This document shows positions 57,779-64,000 of a DNA stretch of 64,000 nt, piece by piece. The position numbers were made by a program, and so were the translations under genes. Source of the stretch: Eledone cirrhosa (Eukaryota); the NCBI GenBank assembly GCA_964016885.1, contig OZ024742.1, positions 95,418,001 to 95,482,000 on the forward strand, read 5' to 3'. The notes beneath the pieces are model-generated. The model had not been told where the DNA came from. It did no database searches and saw nothing but the letters and a program-made list of their open reading frames with translations. Every line of letters starts with the position of its first letter. Within the stretch, counting starts at the first letter, position 1.

Positions 57779-58331
57779 CAGTGGCGAAGGGTGTGTGCAT
57801 GCAACGCATGCAGTGCATGCGTTATAGAATCTTGTGTTGATCAATTGCGTCGGTTGAAGCAAGCAGAATTTTGGCTGCTTACTAAATCGTAGACACAGAA
57901 AAAGATAACAAACACACACACAAACACACGACAGCGTCGGTTGAAGGAAGCAGAATTTTGGATGCTTGATAAATCGTAGACACATAAAAAGATAACACAC
58001 ATACACACAAACACACGACAGCGTTGGTTGAAGTAAGCAGAATGTTGGCTGCTTGCTAAATCGTTGACACATAAAAAGATAACACACACACACACACACA
58101 TACACAGAAACACACGACAGCGTCGGTTGAAGCAAGCTGAATTTTGGCTGCTTATTAAACGTAGACACATAAAAAGATAACACATACACACACACACACA
58201 CTAGATAACACTACATGCGGCTTTGACCGGGAGGGTCATTTAGAAGGAATTGGGGTAAGGCTGCACAGCCCCACTTTCCGCCATGGCGATTGGACTGCAT
58301 GCCCTGCTTTCCAGGTTACCCTTCGCCACTG
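57779..58331. mobile_element. hAT-type MITE with an internal minisatellite
   Basis: 14-bp TIR cagtggcgaagggt / acccttcgccactg; 8-bp flanks atatgcac and atatgcgc (1 mismatch); four internal units at 57847, 57933, 58021 and 58120. Confidence 0.88.
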
Positions 58332-58505
58332 ATATGCGCATGTGTATATGTGGGGGGGGGGGGGAGAAAAAATGTTGAGTAATATGTTGTCATCATTGTA
58401 AACTTAATATTTGTTTCAGGTATACAATTAAAACAACATGTATTGAAAAACCGGTAAGGAAAGAAGGGATGTTATTTTTCAATTATATATATATATGTGT
58501 GTGTG

Positions 58506-58566
<61 letters not shown>

Positions 58567-58584
58567 CTGTGTGTGTGTGTATGT

Positions 58585-58652
<68 letters not shown>

Positions 58653-58960
58653 GTAAAGATTAGAGATAAGAAAGGGAAACAAAGCAGGTGAGAGAGAGAA
58701 AGTTGAAAACACAATTTAGTGGAAAAGGAAGAAAAAGGTGAATGACAAACAATGAAAAATTCTGAAAGATCGCTACAAAAATTTCATGAAGAAAAATCTT
58801 CGAAAACTTCCCGAAAAATGTGAAAAAAAAGATCTGAAGGCAAATAAAACGAAAGAGAAAGAGAGAGTGAAAGAGAGAGTGAAAGAAGCATGCATGAAAA
58901 AAAGGATCAGAGAATAAAACAAATTAGAAAAATGTTATATATATATATAAAAATATACAT

Positions 58961-59027
<67 letters not shown>

Positions 59028-59092
59028 CATATTATGAATATATATATATGTGTGTGTGAGTGTGTGTGTATATATATATATACACACACACT

Positions 59093-59146
<54 letters not shown>

Positions 59147-59533
59147 CATACATGCATATATATATGTACATATATATTTACATATATGCCAATGCATATA
59201 TATATGCATATATAATAAACTGAAAGAAAACGTTGATGAAGAAATAGAAGAAATATCAGTAAATAATATGATGGAAAAACCGAAAATATGAAAGGAAAAA
59301 TGAAGAAAATGTTAGACAATTTTCAGAAGTCAAGGAAAAGTGATGGGTTTGGGGATGTGGTTGAATGGAGGGAATGACAATAAAAGCAATAACAAAGACA
59401 AAAGAAACCAGAAGGAAACATGGAAGACAAAGTCAGATCAAATCAGGAACTTGTGTTAGAGAAAATGGTAGGTGGAAAATGTGGTTCATGTCAGTGGAAA
59501 TGTGGAAGAAATAAAGGAGAATTTAAGATAATG

Positions 59534-59590
<57 letters not shown>

Positions 59591-59680
59591 TTAGCAATAA
59601 TAATAATAATATTATTAATAACATTGGTAGTAGTAGTAGTAATTATAATAATATAACAATAATAACAAAAATAATAATAA
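59534..59680. repeat. (TAG)n/(TAA)n microsatellite
   Basis: Seen directly. Confidence 0.95.
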
Positions 59681-60159
59681 ATATATATATGTGCACGTAT
59701 ATATTCATATATATATACATACACACACCAACACACTCACGTATATTTATATAATACAACACAAATCATGAAGAAAAAACTGTACACTTCCTTCTCTGTT
59801 CCAAACTAAATGTCATTATGAATAAATTGAAAAATGTAAACCAAACTTGTTATTTCATATGAGCATAAAGGAAATATGATGTTGTTTGTCTTTGTTATTA
59901 CTTTTTCTTATAACCATTTGTTATTCTTATTGTAGTTGTTATTATTATTATTGTTATCATCATCATGATTCCTATTGTGTGTTTTGTTTATATCAGAAGT
60001 TATGAAATGGATTTCATTTTAAAAAGAAATGTTATTTTCAGTTCACGCGTTTTTATAGGATAAATTTATAAAGATGGCATTGAGATACAATTGAATATAA
60101 ATATATATATAAATGTGTATCTGTATGTATATATATGAATATTTATATATTCTATATGA

Positions 60160-60215
<56 letters not shown>

Positions 60216-60287
60216 TATATAAACATATGTATGTATATATATATATTTATATATATATATGTATATATATATTTATACATATATATA

Positions 60288-60328
<41 letters not shown>

Positions 60329-60420
60329 GTATACATATATATATATATATATTTATACATATATATATATATTTATACATATATATATATATACATATAT
60401 ATACATATATATATGTATAC

Positions 60421-61404
<984 letters not shown>

Positions 61405-61449
61405 GTATACATATATATATATATGTATACATATATATATATATATGTA

Positions 61450-62671
61450 TATGGAAGCATGGCCTAGAATCAAAAGGCCTTAAAATTAACCTGTCTAAGA
61501 CTAAAGTTCTAGTTTGTATGAAGGAAAATAGGGTACTGGTCCCATCAGGGAATTGGCCATGCTCAGTGTGTAGGAAAGGAGTAGGCAGAAACTCCATTTT
61601 ATCTCCCAAATGCAAAGTATGGGTGCATAAAAGATGTAGTGGGATCACAGGTAAGCTAACTAAGAATATAGATTTTATATGTGGCCGGTGCTCAGGTGCA
61701 ATAAGTAGCAGCAAGTGCCCACAGAATACTAGCGCATTCCATTGCACAGATGGTTCTATAGAAATAGTGGAGACATTCCGTTACCTGGGTGACAAAATCA
61801 GCAGTGGTGGAGGGTGCTCTGAAAGTTGAGTAGCTAGAGTCAGAACTGGATGGAAAAAGTTCAGTGAGGTTATACTACTATTGGCCGCTAAAGGGTTCTC
61901 TCTAAAAATGGAAGGCAGGCTGTATAATGCCTGCATACGAACAACAATGTTACATGGGAGTGAGACTTGGGCATTGTGTGCAGAGGATATATGCAGACTG
62001 GAGAGGAACGAAGCCTGCATGCTCCGTTGGATGTGTAATAGTAATATACGTGAATGGCAAAGCATAAACGAACTAAGGGAGAAATTAGGAATAAGAGGAA
62101 TCAGATGTTGTTTACTCGAGAGAAGACTACGTTGGTATGGTTACGTGATGCGCATGAAAGACGACAGCTGTATAAAAATGTGCAGGGCGATCAAAATAGA
62201 CGGTACGAATGGAGTAGAAAAACCTGGGACGACTTGATCAATTCCAACCTCACACACTTGCACCTCTCCAAGAGAATGTCACTGGACCGAGATCTTTGGC
62301 GCTACACAGTAATACAGAAAACCCGCCTTGCCTAAGTACAAAGCGAAACCTACTGTCAGTAGGCACCTCTAACAAACATACACCCCCGTCCCACCACCCC
62401 ACCCCATTCACACCACCCTTTCGATGTAAAGTTAAGTTGGTACCACAACATCCAGTCCCAAATAAATGAGGTTGTGTAGGTGTCACGACAAAAAAACACA
62501 CAGTCCACGCTGTAAACGTGGTTGGTGTTAAGAAAGGCATCCAGCCGTAGAAAACCCGCCAGACAGTCCTATACGAGCAAGATAACCAATCTTGCCTCTA
62601 GTGGGAAAACTCCCGTCCAAACCCATGCAAGCATGGAAGATGGACGTTAAACGATGATGATGATGATGATG
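61450..62671 (+). mobile_element. 5'-truncated RTE LINE, frameshifted
   Basis: [14 protein letters not shown], Cys/His finger, FRYLGD, GSETW; (GAT)n tail. Confidence 0.92.
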
Positions 62672-62815
62672 TATACATATATGTATATATATATATACGT
62701 ATATACATATATGCATACATATATATATATGTATACCTATTTATATATATATGTATATATGTATACATAGTGACGAAACATAAGTTAATTGCATGAACTC
62801 TTAATCCTTTATTTA

Positions 62816-62869
62816 CTGCTATATATATTTTGATGATAGCCATTGAATGGCTATGACCTCATCAGGCAG
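62816..62869 (-). ncRNA. Decayed HHR of the 35914 family (G12A) in a short unit (~62770-63090)
   Basis: ctgc-CTGATGA-ggtcatagccat tca atggctatcatc-AAAA-tatata-TA-gcag. Confidence 0.68.
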
Positions 62870-63113
62870 TTAATCTATTCTTAGATATGCCAGCTCTGTG
62901 TTTATAGTGTTGATGGTATCAGAGCCTTGGGACATATGAGCTTGTTAGGAATAATTTAATGTTGTCAGCAGCAATAGTCTTAATTCTCATTGGTCAGTTT
63001 GTAGATGCTAGTAGGGTTGGTATTTGACCTCAAAGAGGCAGGTGGTGTTGTAAAGTTCAAACCGTCAGGCAAGATGACAATAGTTCCATATGTATACATA
63101 TATATATATATGT

Positions 63114-63204
<91 letters not shown>

Positions 63205-64000
63205 AGGAGGTTATAGTTCACTTGAAGCATTGTGTAATGAGGTATAAACGTTTGAATATGTATAATAAAGCCAAAACAATGCAGGTATGGACATAGAAAA
63301 AAGAATGCAATTGCAAAAGATATTGTTGACAATTCGTCCTTTACCTTAGATTTATTTTAAACGTCCTTAATTTTCGAGATAATATCTCTTCTTCAGAGGG
63401 AAATAAAGGTCTCAAACCAGCGTTCTAAATATCTTGCCAAGCCATGCTGCCAGGAAATAGTATAGAGTATCTGTTCTATCTCTAATGTCAAAGAGTTAAA
63501 ATTAGGTGGATAAAGAGTAGTCTCCCTTTAAAAGGGGTGTGTTTAGGTTTTTTTTTATTTTTTTATATACATGCCTGTTTAAGTGTGTGGGAGAATGCAT
63601 GAAGGTGTAAGTATGTGAGTGTGTGAGTGTGAGAAGATAAGTCTATTCGTAAATGTGGGGGATAGGTGTTATCTGGTGTTAGAACTGGTTTTGTGTGTGT
63701 ATGTGTGAGAGAGAATAAGTGGAGGTGTAAGCGTGTGTGTGTGTATGGGGTGTGTAAATATGGGGCTAGAAGCCCTATCAGGTTATAAATTGGGTGTTGA
63801 GTTCTAGTCTATTATTGATAGGTGGTTGTGTTTTATCTATAATTAGTGCTTCCTATATGTATATATATATGTATATATATTAGTATTACTTCAAAATATT
63901 AATAAATATAGACATTCATGTGATCAAATATATTTTATTATACATATTTCAGAGGTACTGAGCTATTTCTTCAGTCTGCCAAGACTGGAATTGAACCATC

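Noticed and set aside
57847-58200. CRISPR-like repeat-spacer appearance
   Set aside because: Eukaryotic context; the linkers are similar CA runs rather than unique spacers; no cas genes; lies inside a MITE.
63953-64000. Acceptor-like tttcag followed by open frames at the window edge
   Set aside because: Truncated by the window, no recognisable protein, and the frame in phase with the 58420 candidate hits a stop immediately.

Overview
Eukaryotic, AT-rich, repeat-saturated DNA with no confidently identifiable host gene. The SINE sequences, (GAT)n-tailed RTE LINEs and very long (TA)n tracts suggest a coleoid cephalopod such as Octopus (inference from recall, not searched). It holds a decayed Chapaev3-type DNA transposon, a young Tx1/L1-clade LINE, several RTE LINEs with a partner tRNA-derived SINE, CR1-group fragments, three Penelope-like elements (PLEs), a non-autonomous Helitron and two MITEs. 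The most notable unexplained structure is a set of 12 minimal type I hammerhead ribozyme (HHR) motifs, read by eye. Six have the canonical CUGANGA/GAAA/UH core (two of these are the arms of one palindrome) and six are variant or decayed. They lie in short non-coding units inserted in (TA)n. One unit is a 424-bp head-to-tail repeat with one HHR per monomer (34286-35174) that looks like a non-LTR retrozyme, with a diverged relative near 45.0 kb. Several others are head-to-head palindromes whose 3' tails point outward. Two multi-kb inverted duplications (23983-32948 and about 41620-47858) are centred on these units. All YIYI-type ORFs in the track are microsatellite artefacts. Coordinates of decayed repeats are approximate.
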